Below, in pieces: positions 28,879 through 37,172 of a stretch of 64,000 bases of DNA. The stretch comes from a virus. The first letter of the stretch is position 1, and every line of letters starts with the position of its first letter. The notes beneath the pieces were generated by a model that saw only the letters and a program-made list of their open reading frames with translations, was not told where the DNA came from and did no database searches. A program made the position numbers and the translations under genes. Location of the stretch: positions 32,001 through 96,000 of IMG/VR virus record IMGVR_UViG_3300020424_000002; one strand, given 5' to 3'.

Positions 28879-29298
28879 TTAACCTCTAGTTACTTTTTTA
28901 ACTCTTTCAATTTGTTGATTTATAATTGCCTTACGATTAGGCCAATAGATGTATTCTTTGTCCTCATTTTCCATGAGTTTGTGCAGAAGAGGTAAGATAA
29001 GTTCTTCTGCATCTGCAAGTTGTGATTTCAATTTTGATACTGCAACATCTGTAGAACTTCCTACATTTGTTTTTGCCTCTTCCAATTCATCTAGTGCATT
29101 AGATACTAATTTGTTGAGAACATCAACTTTTGCATCTAAATTTTCTATCTGTTCAGAATTAACTGCTCCTTTAGATGACTCTGCAACTTTCTTAAGGTCT
29201 TCTGCAATCTTCTCATTAAGAGCTGCACTTTCCCCTGTTTTAGTTGTAAGTTCATCTTGGTCTACAGCAGTGAAACCAAAATCGAAATTATCTGCCAT
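28879..29298 (-). CDS. Conserved T4-like hypothetical protein
   Basis: FDFGFTAVD..., I.PLL..L.....KEYIYWPNR. Confidence 0.7.
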   Translation of the reverse strand: MADNFDFGFTAVDQDELTTKTGESAALNEKIAEDLKKVAESSKGAVNSEQIENLDAKVDVLNKLVSNALDELEEAKTNVGSSTDVAVSKLKSQLADAEELILPLLHKLMENEDKEYIYWPNRKAIINQQIERVKKVTRG

Positions 29299-29609
29299 TA
29301 CTTCTTACCTTTACTTCTTTTTATTTTTTCTCTTGCATCAATAACTGGTTCAACAGTTTCATTACCTTCTGTTTTACCACCATCAAGAGTAGATTCAACT
29401 TCTTGTTGTTGTGCAAGTTGTTGTCTAATCTGTGCTTGAGTTTGACTTTCTGCAATTAGTATTTCTCTTAATCTTCCGATTGTTGAAAACTCTTCTGCTT
29501 TAAAAGTTCCTCTACTCGCTGCAGTATCAATAACTGCAATCATTTGTGCAAGTTCTTTTAAACCTAAAATCTGTGTTTGCATCAAATCAACTTTTTCTAC
29601 TTGTTCCAT
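29298..29609 (-). CDS. Hypothetical protein
   Basis: ID.A..RG.FK.EE...IG; SD GGAG. Confidence 0.65.
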   Translation of the reverse strand: MEQVEKVDLMQTQILGLKELAQMIAVIDTAASRGTFKAEEFSTIGRLREILIAESQTQAQIRQQLAQQQEVESTLDGGKTEGNETVEPVIDAREKIKRSKGKK

Positions 29610-29637
29610 AATATCTCCATACTATATTTTATTCCAA

Positions 29638-29949
29638 TTAATCTAAAGGATTACTTGGAAACCTTTTGATTGTTACTGGGACATCACCTGTCTGAGTATC
29701 AATCTGTTTAATTACTGGTTCTTCTATGTTCCAATCACATGTAATGTTTGTGCCTGGCACGAACCATTTACTTAAGTCCCTATTGTAAATCATTTCATGA
29801 ACGAATCCACTCATAGGGTCTATAATCTTTAACAATCCCATTACTGGGTCATAATGACGAACCTCTGCAATTCTACTTACACCATTATCAGTGTAGGTAA
29901 TTGCTCTGTCTTCATCGGTTAAACCCAGTCTGTTAATTGCCTTTTCCAT
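29638..29949 (-). CDS. Hypothetical late protein
   Basis: TATAAATA 5 nt upstream of ATG. Confidence 0.6.
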   Translation of the reverse strand: MEKAINRLGLTDEDRAITYTDNGVSRIAEVRHYDPVMGLLKIIDPMSGFVHEMIYNRDLSKWFVPGTNITCDWNIEEPVIKQIDTQTGDVPVTIKRFPSNPLD

Positions 29950-29969
29950 AGTAGTATTTATATCAATAC

Positions 29970-30665
29970 TTACTTAGGAGTTAAGTCAAATCCAGCATCT
30001 TCACAAATTTCTTTGGTAATAGATTTGAAAGGCATAGTCTTATCTTTAATTGCAAGTAAGAACTCTGCTTCAGATTTCTCAAGTGACCTTAAAGTGTTTA
30101 GGAATATTTCTTCCTGTTTTGCAACTTTGCTTGTACTGTTTGCAAGACCACCTTTTACCCAATATTGCATTCTTTTGAATACACGAATAAATCTCTCTGG
30201 AGCCATATCCATTGCACCCTCTGGTGTGTCTGGGTCTCCAATTTGAGTTCCTTCTGGTATACCTTCTGGTAAAGTAAACTGAACTCTGTCATCAAATGCA
30301 GCTTTAAGTGCATATTTGACATCGTTTCTACTAGTAAACTGTTTTAAAATATCAATTTTAGATTGTTTACCTTTTGTTTCTTCAACTAATCCTAGTATCT
30401 CTACAATACTTGGATTTCTTGGAAGGTCTTTAACAGTTCTAACTTTAGTATCAGGCCCATCAAGAACTTTCTTTTGAGTTTTCCCAAGAGGTTTTTCATA
30501 TTTGGACATGACATCAGCTGCATCATCTACTGCTGATGGTGGTGATGCTTGTTTTGTTAAAACTGCATCTGCTTTCTCTAAAGCAACTTCTTGTTCTTTT
30601 TCTTGAACAATTTTCTCTAGAGTTTTTTTGTTTAACGACCCTTTAGGTCTTCCTCGTTTTGCCAT
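29970..30665 (-). CDS. Conserved T4-like protein downstream of rnh, with AT-hook-like N-terminus
   Basis: KRGRPKGS; F.LPEG; E.IF...L..L...EA..L...KDK. Confidence 0.65.
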   Translation of the reverse strand: MAKRGRPKGSLNKKTLEKIVQEKEQEVALEKADAVLTKQASPPSAVDDAADVMSKYEKPLGKTQKKVLDGPDTKVRTVKDLPRNPSIVEILGLVEETKGKQSKIDILKQFTSRNDVKYALKAAFDDRVQFTLPEGIPEGTQIGDPDTPEGAMDMAPERFIRVFKRMQYWVKGGLANSTSKVAKQEEIFLNTLRSLEKSEAEFLLAIKDKTMPFKSITKEICEDAGFDLTPK

Positions 30666-30667
30666 AA

Positions 30668-31513
30668 TTAAAAGTCTCCAATACTTTCTTGTAAATCCAT
30701 CAATCTGTTATTGATAAAGTATGTTAGTAATCCACCTCTTGGTGCAACTACAACATTATCAAACTCTTGAAGAATTTGTTCTTTGTATTTACTAGGTATA
30801 TAGGACAAATCTATAAGACTCCTATTCCTAGATAAATTCCTGTCTATCTCACTGTCATTCATGACGAGAGGGTCTTTGATAGTGTCTCTTTTCTTCTTAG
30901 ACAAAGGTCTCTGTCTCGACCCAGACACAAATACATCATCTTGAGATAAACAGTTAGGAACACCATCCCCAGTATCACCACTAATTATGTGGTCATTGAG
31001 ATACTCCAAAGCTTGTTCCTGTGTTAATTTAATATCTTTCTTTGTGATAGGTGAAAACTGTCTAACCTTACTGTATCTCTGTAATTGTTGAAAGTCTTTA
31101 TCTCCACTGATAATCATAATGTTTTCAGTGTCACCATACTTTTCACAAAGTGTCCCTATTATATCATCTGCTTCACATTTTGATATGTAGATATATTTAT
31201 AAGGAAAATTATACTTTAATTCTTCTCTGATTACAGATATACAATCGAATATTTGATTCCAATCTTTGGTATCTTTATCTCTAGTTTTTTTACGATTTGC
31301 CTTGTAGTATGGGAATACATCTTTTCTCCAAACATTATAAGAATCGTCTGCAAGGACTAACTCTCCATATTTGTTTTTGTATTTCTTACGATACATTGCA
31401 AGTGATTTAAGTGCAATGTGTCTTACTAGGTCTTCACTGATAGGTTCTTGTCCACCTCTGGTTGATGCCATTAGTGATGCAATTAGAACCTGTGTTAGGT
31501 CTACTATAATCAT
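30668..31513 (-). CDS. rnh: RNase H / 5'-3' exonuclease
   Basis: IVD, WR...FPYYKANR, EADDII, SGDKDFQQL, GD.GDGVPN. Confidence 0.95.
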   Translation of the reverse strand: MIIVDLTQVLIASLMASTRGGQEPISEDLVRHIALKSLAMYRKKYKNKYGELVLADDSYNVWRKDVFPYYKANRKKTRDKDTKDWNQIFDCISVIREELKYNFPYKYIYISKCEADDIIGTLCEKYGDTENIMIISGDKDFQQLQRYSKVRQFSPITKKDIKLTQEQALEYLNDHIISGDTGDGVPNCLSQDDVFVSGSRQRPLSKKKRDTIKDPLVMNDSEIDRNLSRNRSLIDLSYIPSKYKEQILQEFDNVVVAPRGGLLTYFINNRLMDLQESIGDF

Positions 31514-32616
31514 TCAGTTCTTAATAATATAATGTGTTCGTTTATTCTTCCAGTTGGTTTAGATGATTTTGTGTTTATTTCATCTAATACTTTACTTAAT
31601 ACTATTTTACCACCTTCTTGGATTCTGTCAAGGAAATGTTTTGTCCTGTTTCCAATCTTTTTAGTTGCACTGTATTTTCCAAAGTTTTGAATAGTTGTTC
31701 CTTTCACTCCAAGACCAGCTCTATCTTCTGATTCATATTTGGTAATCTCTTTGGTTTTGGTATTGAATGCCCATAGTTGTCCAGACCCTACAATTAACTC
31801 TGGATTAATTGATGTAAGATGATACTCTGTATCAGTTATCTTGTAGTTTAACTTTTTAGTTTGTTCTTGTGCAGAGTAAACTTTTTTTCTTCTAGTTTTC
31901 TTCTGACCCATTTTACCTTTTGCATACTTATCACATTCTTCTCTGATACCACAAACATATTTGTATGCATCCCTTAGTCCTTTTTTAGATAAGAATGAGT
32001 ATGCTTCTTTTAGTTGTGGACATTTACCTTCAACTGCTTCTTCTAATTCTTTTTCTAGGTTGTGGAAATTATCACCTACTTTTACTGCAACTGGGCCTGA
32101 TACTTGTTCATCTGTTAGATATGCAAAGACATCAAATTTGTTTTTAGGGTCATCAAAGTATAAATCTAATTGATATTCTATCTCACCAGCATATTCATTT
32201 GCTTTGTTTAGAATTCTTTCTTGAATAGAGATAACTGGTTTCTTTTTCTTTTCTTCGTCTTTGATTGCTTTGAGAGAATCTATGTCTTTGATACATTTAT
32301 CGACATGTTTTTCTATGAATGCAGTTGTAGATGGATTTAGTAAATCCCCTTCGAACATACAAGGAACTGACCTAGTTTGCATTCTTGCAAGGGCAGCTGC
32401 AGTTCTAGGGACATACTTAAGTCTCTTAACTCCTTTGATATATTTGTCTTCATAGTCCCTATCAGACATCCATGTTGATAACCATTCACCACATGATTTA
32501 TTATCACTCATGTAGTTGTACCAATTCATGCATCTTCCTTTGTCTCTTTCGTCTTCTGCATGAGGTTCTACACCATAATAGATTTCATCAAGAGATTTTT
32601 GTTTTCTCTTACTCAT
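31510..32616 (-). CDS. Conserved T4-like hypothetical protein
   Basis: NWYNY, ISIQER, QLKEAYS.L, S..P..IVG...LW.FNTK, VKGTTI. Confidence 0.7.
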   Translation of the reverse strand: MSKRKQKSLDEIYYGVEPHAEDERDKGRCMNWYNYMSDNKSCGEWLSTWMSDRDYEDKYIKGVKRLKYVPRTAAALARMQTRSVPCMFEGDLLNPSTTAFIEKHVDKCIKDIDSLKAIKDEEKKKKPVISIQERILNKANEYAGEIEYQLDLYFDDPKNKFDVFAYLTDEQVSGPVAVKVGDNFHNLEKELEEAVEGKCPQLKEAYSFLSKKGLRDAYKYVCGIREECDKYAKGKMGQKKTRRKKVYSAQEQTKKLNYKITDTEYHLTSINPELIVGSGQLWAFNTKTKEITKYESEDRAGLGVKGTTIQNFGKYSATKKIGNRTKHFLDRIQEGGKIVLSKVLDEINTKSSKPTGRINEHIILLRTE

Positions 32617-32642
32617 GTTAATTACTTATAAAAAACAAATTT

Positions 32643-32873
32643 TTAAGTATTATCTCCCTCAGTATAAGTAGTTCTCTGTTTATCAAACTGACCTTTACCT
32701 GTAAGTGGTTGTTTCTGAAAAGGAAACGCATCTTCTCTTCTCTCAGGCAAGTTATCTATGTGATTTTTAATTCTTTTTCTTTTCTTCTCCTCTGCAATTA
32801 TGATTGTAGTTCCAATTGCAAAAATTCCAGAAGCAAGAAGTAAAAGAACTTTTAGTACTATTTCCCAATCCAT
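32643..32873 (-). CDS. Small membrane protein
   Basis: N-terminal TM helix; SD GAGG. Confidence 0.55.
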   Translation of the reverse strand: MDWEIVLKVLLLLASGIFAIGTTIIIAEEKKRKRIKNHIDNLPERREDAFPFQKQPLTGKGQFDKQRTTYTEGDNT

Positions 32874-33181
32874 TCTATATCCTCTTTTGGTATTACTTGA
32901 TATGCACCTTTGTTGTACGCTGGTGCAACTGTAAACTTTTTAGACTCTTCTAACTTCCAACTGTTATCTACATTCTTTGTTGGTCTTGCATTGACACCTA
33001 AAGAAGGATACTTCTTCCTATGGTCTTCTGATGCTCTTATCCTGTCTAATTCAGATTGACTTGGTTTTAACTTTTTGTATGACATAGTATGACACTTTTT
33101 CTTCGTAGAAAGACTCTTGGTCTTTCTTTTACGACCTGTCATGTCATACCTTAAACTGTTTCCTAAATTTATTGTACCCAT
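32858..33181 (-). CDS. Conserved hypothetical protein
   Basis: C-terminal TVAPAYNKGAYQVI motif. Confidence 0.65.
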   Translation of the reverse strand: MGTINLGNSLRYDMTGRKRKTKSLSTKKKCHTMSYKKLKPSQSELDRIRASEDHRKKYPSLGVNARPTKNVDNSWKLEESKKFTVAPAYNKGAYQVIPKEDIEWIGK

Positions 33182-33567
33182 AATGTAATCAAGTTCCTTA
33201 GTAAGAAAAACAATCCTACTGCATTTAACATAATCAATGCTCTATCTTTCCATGCAATAGAGACACCTACCCAACCACTGATACCAATGATTGATAAAAT
33301 CAAATCTACATTTTGTAATTCTGGAATCCCACGAATTGACATTGCACCTAATATAAATGCAGAAGATATCCACTTAAGATACCAATCCCATGTATACTTT
33401 GGTGTTGCAGATTTAAATATCCTAGTAGAGTTTTTTAACTCTTCTTGAGTAAACTTACTAGACTGTTTCTTTGCTTTTTCTTTGAGACTCAGCAATCTGT
33501 TTTTTAAGTTCTTTTTCAAAATCTTTCCACTCCTTAAGTGTTTTGAATTCACTTTGGTATTTACCAT
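33169..33567 (-). CDS. Membrane protein (start uncertain)
   Basis: RIFKSATPKY..DWY.KW, W.DRALI.LN; three TM helices. Confidence 0.6.
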   Translation of the reverse strand: MVNTKVNSKHLRSGKILKKNLKNRLLSLKEKAKKQSSKFTQEELKNSTRIFKSATPKYTWDWYLKWISSAFILGAMSIRGIPELQNVDLILSIIGISGWVGVSIAWKDRALIMLNAVGLFFLLRNLITLWVQ

Positions 33568-33604
33568 ATATTTTTAATCTTTGTTGTTGTTGAGGTTGAC
33601 TCAT
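33458..33604 (-). CDS. 48-aa hypothetical protein (not in ORF track)
   Basis: MSQPQQQQRLKIYGKY...; ATGA overlap with upstream stop; overlaps the track ORF ending at 33567. Confidence 0.45.
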   Translation of the reverse strand: MSQPQQQQRLKIYGKYQSEFKTLKEWKDFEKELKKQIAESQRKSKETV

Positions 33605-33762
33605 CTTCCTTGTCCTCTATATTTTTTATAAGACCTTTTCTTATGTTTATTCATGTGAGACATAGAAATTTTAGTTCTACGACTCCTACCGCCTGTACCC
33701 TGTGATGTACATTTTCTTACACTTACATGTGTAGTTGTAAATCCTCTAGTCTTTACTGCCAT
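33601..33762 (-). CDS. 53-aa basic protein (not in ORF track)
   Basis: SD AGGAG; ...KCTSQG...MNKHKKRSYKKYRGQGR. Confidence 0.7.
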   Translation of the reverse strand: MAVKTRGFTTTHVSVRKCTSQGTGGRSRRTKISMSHMNKHKKRSYKKYRGQGR

Positions 33763-33786
33763 TATACTCCTGTTCTATCTCTCCAG

Positions 33787-33910
33787 AAAAAAGTGAAGTG
33801 ACAACGATGATGGGGAAGGAGAGAGTAAACCCAATCACCAGCACCTTTAGGGGTTTTATATGAGAATCAGACTCAGACCCAATATACAACTGCCATGAGT
33901 TGTCACTTCG
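33787..33910 (-). ncRNA. Candidate structured sRNA closed by an 11-bp stem and U-tract
   Basis: GAAGTGACAAC 33795-805 / GTTGTCACTTC 33899-909; inner hairpin 33808-37; T6 on minus strand. Confidence 0.5.
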
Positions 33911-33917
33911 AAACTGT

Positions 33918-34121
33918 TTACCTTGGTTCTAAAATAGAATTGTTCACTGCTTGTAATCTCTGCCAGTCTTTAAACTCTTTGTAAGACCTTAGTCCTTCTG
34001 GTGCAGAATAGATAGCTTGAACTTCATCGAAATAAGGATGTGAGTCATCACACTTGTAACCCATATCATTGATTTCTTTTATCCTAATATCTTTCCAAGA
34101 TTGTTTGTTTTCATTTGTCAT
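33918..34121 (-). CDS. Hypothetical early protein (leaderless)
   Basis: ATG 6 nt after promoter -10. Confidence 0.6.
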   Translation of the reverse strand: MTNENKQSWKDIRIKEINDMGYKCDDSHPYFDEVQAIYSAPEGLRSYKEFKDWQRLQAVNNSILEPR

Positions 34122-34127
34122 ATTTGT

Positions 34128-34157
34128 ATTCTACTATAAGTTGTACCTATCTGTCAA
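34128..34157 (-). promoter_or_regulatory. Sigma70-type promoter with GGTACA box
   Basis: TTGACA-N4-GGTACA-N8-TAGAAT. Confidence 0.85.
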
Positions 34158-34543
34158 TACCCAATTCTCTCTGTGATTTTTTCATGGAGACCAAACTCAA
34201 GTTTTTTTGCCTCTCGTTCACTAGGATATCGACCCTCTAAAAATTGTTTACAATGTACCATTTCATGTGCAAGAGTTTGATACATATCATCATCCTCTTT
34301 GGTTAGTTCTATAGTGACAGACTCTTTATCACCATAACAATAACCTATTGCATAATCATAGTCTTTTGGAAACTTGTTGTAAAGAAGAACCTCTATATCT
34401 GCATCAATAATTTTTAATTGTCGACATGCTTCTACAACATAATTGTAGATAAGTTGTTCATCTTCTATTCTTATGCGACCCCCTCTAGGGCCTGAAATTG
34501 TAACCTCAATCATTCCAATTGTACTCTGGTGTGACTTGTCCAT
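34154..34543 (-). CDS. HEXXH metallopeptidase-like protein (start probably 34513)
   Basis: G.C, TLAHEMVH..Q, E.EA. Confidence 0.7.
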   Translation of the reverse strand: MDKSHQSTIGMIEVTISGPRGGRIRIEDEQLIYNYVVEACRQLKIIDADIEVLLYNKFPKDYDYAIGYCYGDKESVTIELTKEDDDMYQTLAHEMVHCKQFLEGRYPSEREAKKLEFGLHEKITERIGY

Positions 34544-34892
34544 TTACAATTTCTTGTATGAAATCGACAGCTTCATATGAATTACCACCAATGTGCCAGT
34601 CATATTCACCTATTGGAGTACTACCACCAGTTTTCCAATTGTAAACTGTTGCTTTAATATATTCAAAGTCTTTATCACCCCATTGGTCTGTAAAATAAAC
34701 TTTACCATCAATAACCCATTCAGTTTGGGTTTTTTCATATGGGTCTCCTGTAGAAAAAGTTGGTTTACCAAAAAGATTTTCTAATGTACTATATGTTGCA
34801 TTAACTGTTCCTTGCAAACTAGTACCACTTACTAGACTAAAATCATTTGCAACTTCATATTCAATATTTTCTGATAAGATATCTATTAACAT
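34506..34892 (-). CDS. Conserved hypothetical phage protein
   Basis: GTSLQG.....Y..L...FG.P, K...EW, AT.Y.WK, WHIGG. Confidence 0.7.
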   Translation of the reverse strand: MLIDILSENIEYEVANDFSLVSGTSLQGTVNATYSTLENLFGKPTFSTGDPYEKTQTEWVIDGKVYFTDQWGDKDFEYIKATVYNWKTGGSTPIGEYDWHIGGNSYEAVDFIQEIVNGQVTPEYNWND

Positions 34893-35092
34893 ACTGCTAA
34901 CTCCTCAAATTGTTCATTTACTACTAATTCTTTTGCATACTCCACAAAATCTCCACCACCTTCTTTACCAGTGAATTGAGATAAAAGTTTCACACCACCT
35001 TCACTTAAAAGTGATGCAAGTTCTTGAAGAGTTTTACCTTCTAACTCTTCGTAAAGGTTTTCTTTGATTACTGTATTTGTATTATTTGACAT
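34886..35092 (-). CDS. Hypothetical early protein
   Basis: SD AAGGAG; directly after promoter. Confidence 0.6.
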   Translation of the reverse strand: MSNNTNTVIKENLYEELEGKTLQELASLLSEGGVKLLSQFTGKEGGGDFVEYAKELVVNEQFEELAVC

Positions 35093-35114
35093 ATTACTCC
35101 TTTATTACAAAAGT

Positions 35115-35144
35115 ATTATATCAAAAGATGTACCCACCTGTCAA
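35115..35144 (-). promoter_or_regulatory. Sigma70-type promoter with GGTACA box
   Basis: TTGACA-N4-GGTACA-N8-TATAAT. Confidence 0.85.
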
Positions 35145-35145
35145 A

Positions 35146-35221
35146 TGGTGGAGCTGATAGGAATCGAACCTACGACCTTCTGGATGCAAACCAGACGCTC
35201 TCCCAACTGAGCTACAGCCCC
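35146..35221 (-). tRNA. tRNA-Ala(UGC), CCA encoded
   Basis: GGGGCTGTAGCTCAGTTGGGAGAGCGTCTGGTTTGCATCCAGAAGGTCGTAGGTTCGATTCCTATCAGCTCCACCA; 76 nt; G3:U70; GCA is the dominant Ala codon in the window. Confidence 0.97.
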
Positions 35222-35790
35222 TCACTATATTTGAAATTGATATCACTATGATGTTGCTCATCTGCTCTGACCTTTTTGATTAGGTCTGAAAGCTTTGCAC
35301 TTTTTTTCATCCCATAGTATTCTATTGCAAGTTGTGGTGCTGGGATGTTTTCTACTTCACCACTTTCTACCATCTTAAGGTATTCTGTATATGACTTTAC
35401 TGCTTCTTCTTCGAAGTAATGTATCATTCTATGTGCAGTCTTGGGGAAGAACACATACAGTATAAAATAAAATATCCAAAAGATTGCCTGTGCAAATAAC
35501 ACTAACCATCTTTCAAATACATTTGGTTTGGTAATTTCTATGAAAAACATAAGATGCATTCTTTCATTCTCTGCCTCTGCAAGAAGTTCTCTTATCATAG
35601 GGCCATACCCTGTTTTCATTTGTCTAAGACTTGTTAGGTGCATCCACATACCAGCAACCATGCCAGGCACACCAGCAACTGTTTCTAGGACAACTGCACG
35701 ATGTCCATACCTCTTTGCAAAAAATGTATCTGCAACAAAACGAAAGAACTTCGTCATTGACATTGCAAACCAATCTGATACTTTATTCAT
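35212..35790 (-). CDS. aox: Alternative oxidase (ubiquinol oxidase)
   Basis: LETVAGVPGMV, EAENERMHL, YFEEEAVKSY, VRADEQHH diiron motifs; start placed at MNKVSD. Confidence 0.95.
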   Translation of the reverse strand: MNKVSDWFAMSMTKFFRFVADTFFAKRYGHRAVVLETVAGVPGMVAGMWMHLTSLRQMKTGYGPMIRELLAEAENERMHLMFFIEITKPNVFERWLVLFAQAIFWIFYFILYVFFPKTAHRMIHYFEEEAVKSYTEYLKMVESGEVENIPAPQLAIEYYGMKKSAKLSDLIKKVRADEQHHSDINFKYSEGL

Positions 35791-36118
35791 CCTTATGCAT
35801 TTTAATGAATGCCTCTGCATCTATAACCACTAATGGTTTATGATGATTCTTTTTAATTACGACTATGGGTTCATAGTCCCCAGAATTCTCTAGTGCTTGC
35901 TTGTACGACTCCCAGACATTGACTCGTTCTTGATTTTTACATTCAATTGAGTAAGGAAATTTCTTCCTTGCAGCTCTTGCCATAATGAGGTCTTCACCAG
36001 AAGCACCCATAGACCTACTTTCAACATCTTCTTCATGTATTTCTAATTCCTCAATGAGTCTCTCACGAGTCCATTTTTGTAAATTTCTTCCCTTTGCCTT
36101 AGCAGATTGTACCTTCAT
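35783..36118 (-). CDS. Holliday-junction-resolvase-like PD-(D/E)XK nuclease
   Basis: SAKAKGR.LQ, SMGASGED, SIECKNQE, P.V..K.N. Confidence 0.7.
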   Translation of the reverse strand: MKVQSAKAKGRNLQKWTRERLIEELEIHEEDVESRSMGASGEDLIMARAARKKFPYSIECKNQERVNVWESYKQALENSGDYEPIVVIKKNHHKPLVVIDAEAFIKMHKDE

Positions 36119-36329
36119 TCACTTTTTCCCATGATATAATTGTGTCCCACTCAATGTCATCCCACTTTGAGTTTTCAACATCCCAAACTACAACTTTATT
36201 ACTTTGTACACTTTGTTTTGCTGAATGTCCTTTATAAACTCCAGTTATATTCCTACCAGAGTTTAAAGAACGAAAATCTATTTTAACTTTAGATGTTTTT
36301 AATGCATCTAATATTACCTGTCTATTCAT
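36099..36329 (-). CDS. Small SH3/WYL-like protein
   Basis: L....V.I.F....G, VWDVE...W. Confidence 0.55.
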   Translation of the reverse strand: MNRQVILDALKTSKVKIDFRSLNSGRNITGVYKGHSAKQSVQSNKVVVWDVENSKWDDIEWDTIISWEKVNEGTIC

Positions 36330-36495
36330 CGAAGTCTAACTCCTCGTTCATATCAAAATCATCTTCTATTTTTAATTCTGAACCACAAAATGGACAAAAT
36401 TTAACTTCATATCCATCACCCAACTCATGTTCTATATCACCTTCTGCACCACACTCTAAACAATAAAACGACTCCACAAAATCTGGGTCTTGCAT
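36322..36495 (-). CDS. 57-aa zinc-ribbon protein with acidic tail (not in ORF track)
   Basis: CLEC...FCPFCG; SD AGGAG. Confidence 0.75.
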   Translation of the reverse strand: MQDPDFVESFYCLECGAEGDIEHELGDGYEVKFCPFCGSELKIEDDFDMNEELDFDE

Positions 36496-36507
36496 AATTG
36501 ATTCTCC

Positions 36508-36732
36508 TTATTTTTGATTATGCCATGCATATAACTGGTCATAACCACCGATGTTTTCACCTTCTACTCTTATCTGAGGGAAGGTTCTTGCGCCTGGAAA
36601 TTGTTCAAATAACTCTTCCCTAGTAAAGTCTACATCTAATTGTTTGTAGACAAATTCGTATCCTTCTCGTTCACAAAGTTGTTTTGCTTTATCACAATAA
36701 GGACATACTGGTTTTCCATATATCTCTATCAC
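36508..36732 (-). CDS. Glutaredoxin (RNR reductant)
   Basis: CPYC, RTFPQI, IGGY. Confidence 0.95.
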   Translation of the reverse strand: MIEIYGKPVCPYCDKAKQLCEREGYEFVYKQLDVDFTREELFEQFPGARTFPQIRVEGENIGGYDQLYAWHNQK

Positions 36733-37172
36733 TTCATAGTCTCCTGTATAAATTCACCTAATAGTTCTATATCACTATCTGACAACATTGCAGCTTGTCC
36801 CCACATTGTGGATGACATTGCACCTACTGTTTCTCTGTTTTTGTAAGAAGTAAGTCTTCCTATAATATAATCTGAACTTTGACCTGCTAATCTAGGGAAT
36901 GTTGCAATACCTTGTCCTTCATTTCCATGACAAGCTGCACATCCAGCCCATAATCCTCTAATAGATGAAAATGGGTCACCAGCATCTGCAAGTTGTTTTG
37001 CCTGTAGTTGTTCTACTACTGAACCATGTGTTCTTACATATTCTTCATAACACTCACCTGTGCATGTATGAGCACTCTGATAACCTGTATATTCTAAGTT
37101 AGGGTATATCATTGTAGAAAAAAATATTCCAAATGCAAATACACCTACCAAAACCATTCCTAATTCTCTCAT
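36729..37172 (-). CDS. Membrane-anchored monoheme cytochrome c (c553/c4-like)
   Basis: N-terminal TM; CAACHG, P.LAGQ..YI..L..YK, axial Met region M..QA..LSD.DI. Confidence 0.9.
   Translation of the reverse strand: MRELGMVLVGVFAFGIFFSTMIYPNLEYTGYQSAHTCTGECYEEYVRTHGSVVEQLQAKQLADAGDPFSSIRGLWAGCAACHGNEGQGIATFPRLAGQSSDYIIGRLTSYKNRETVGAMSSTMWGQAAMLSDSDIELLGEFIQETMK

Noticed and set aside
33169-33604. Frameshift joining the 48-aa ORF to the downstream membrane protein
   Set aside because: An in-frame TTG with upstream AAGGAG (or the track ATG) offers an independent start; no compelling slippery-site argument
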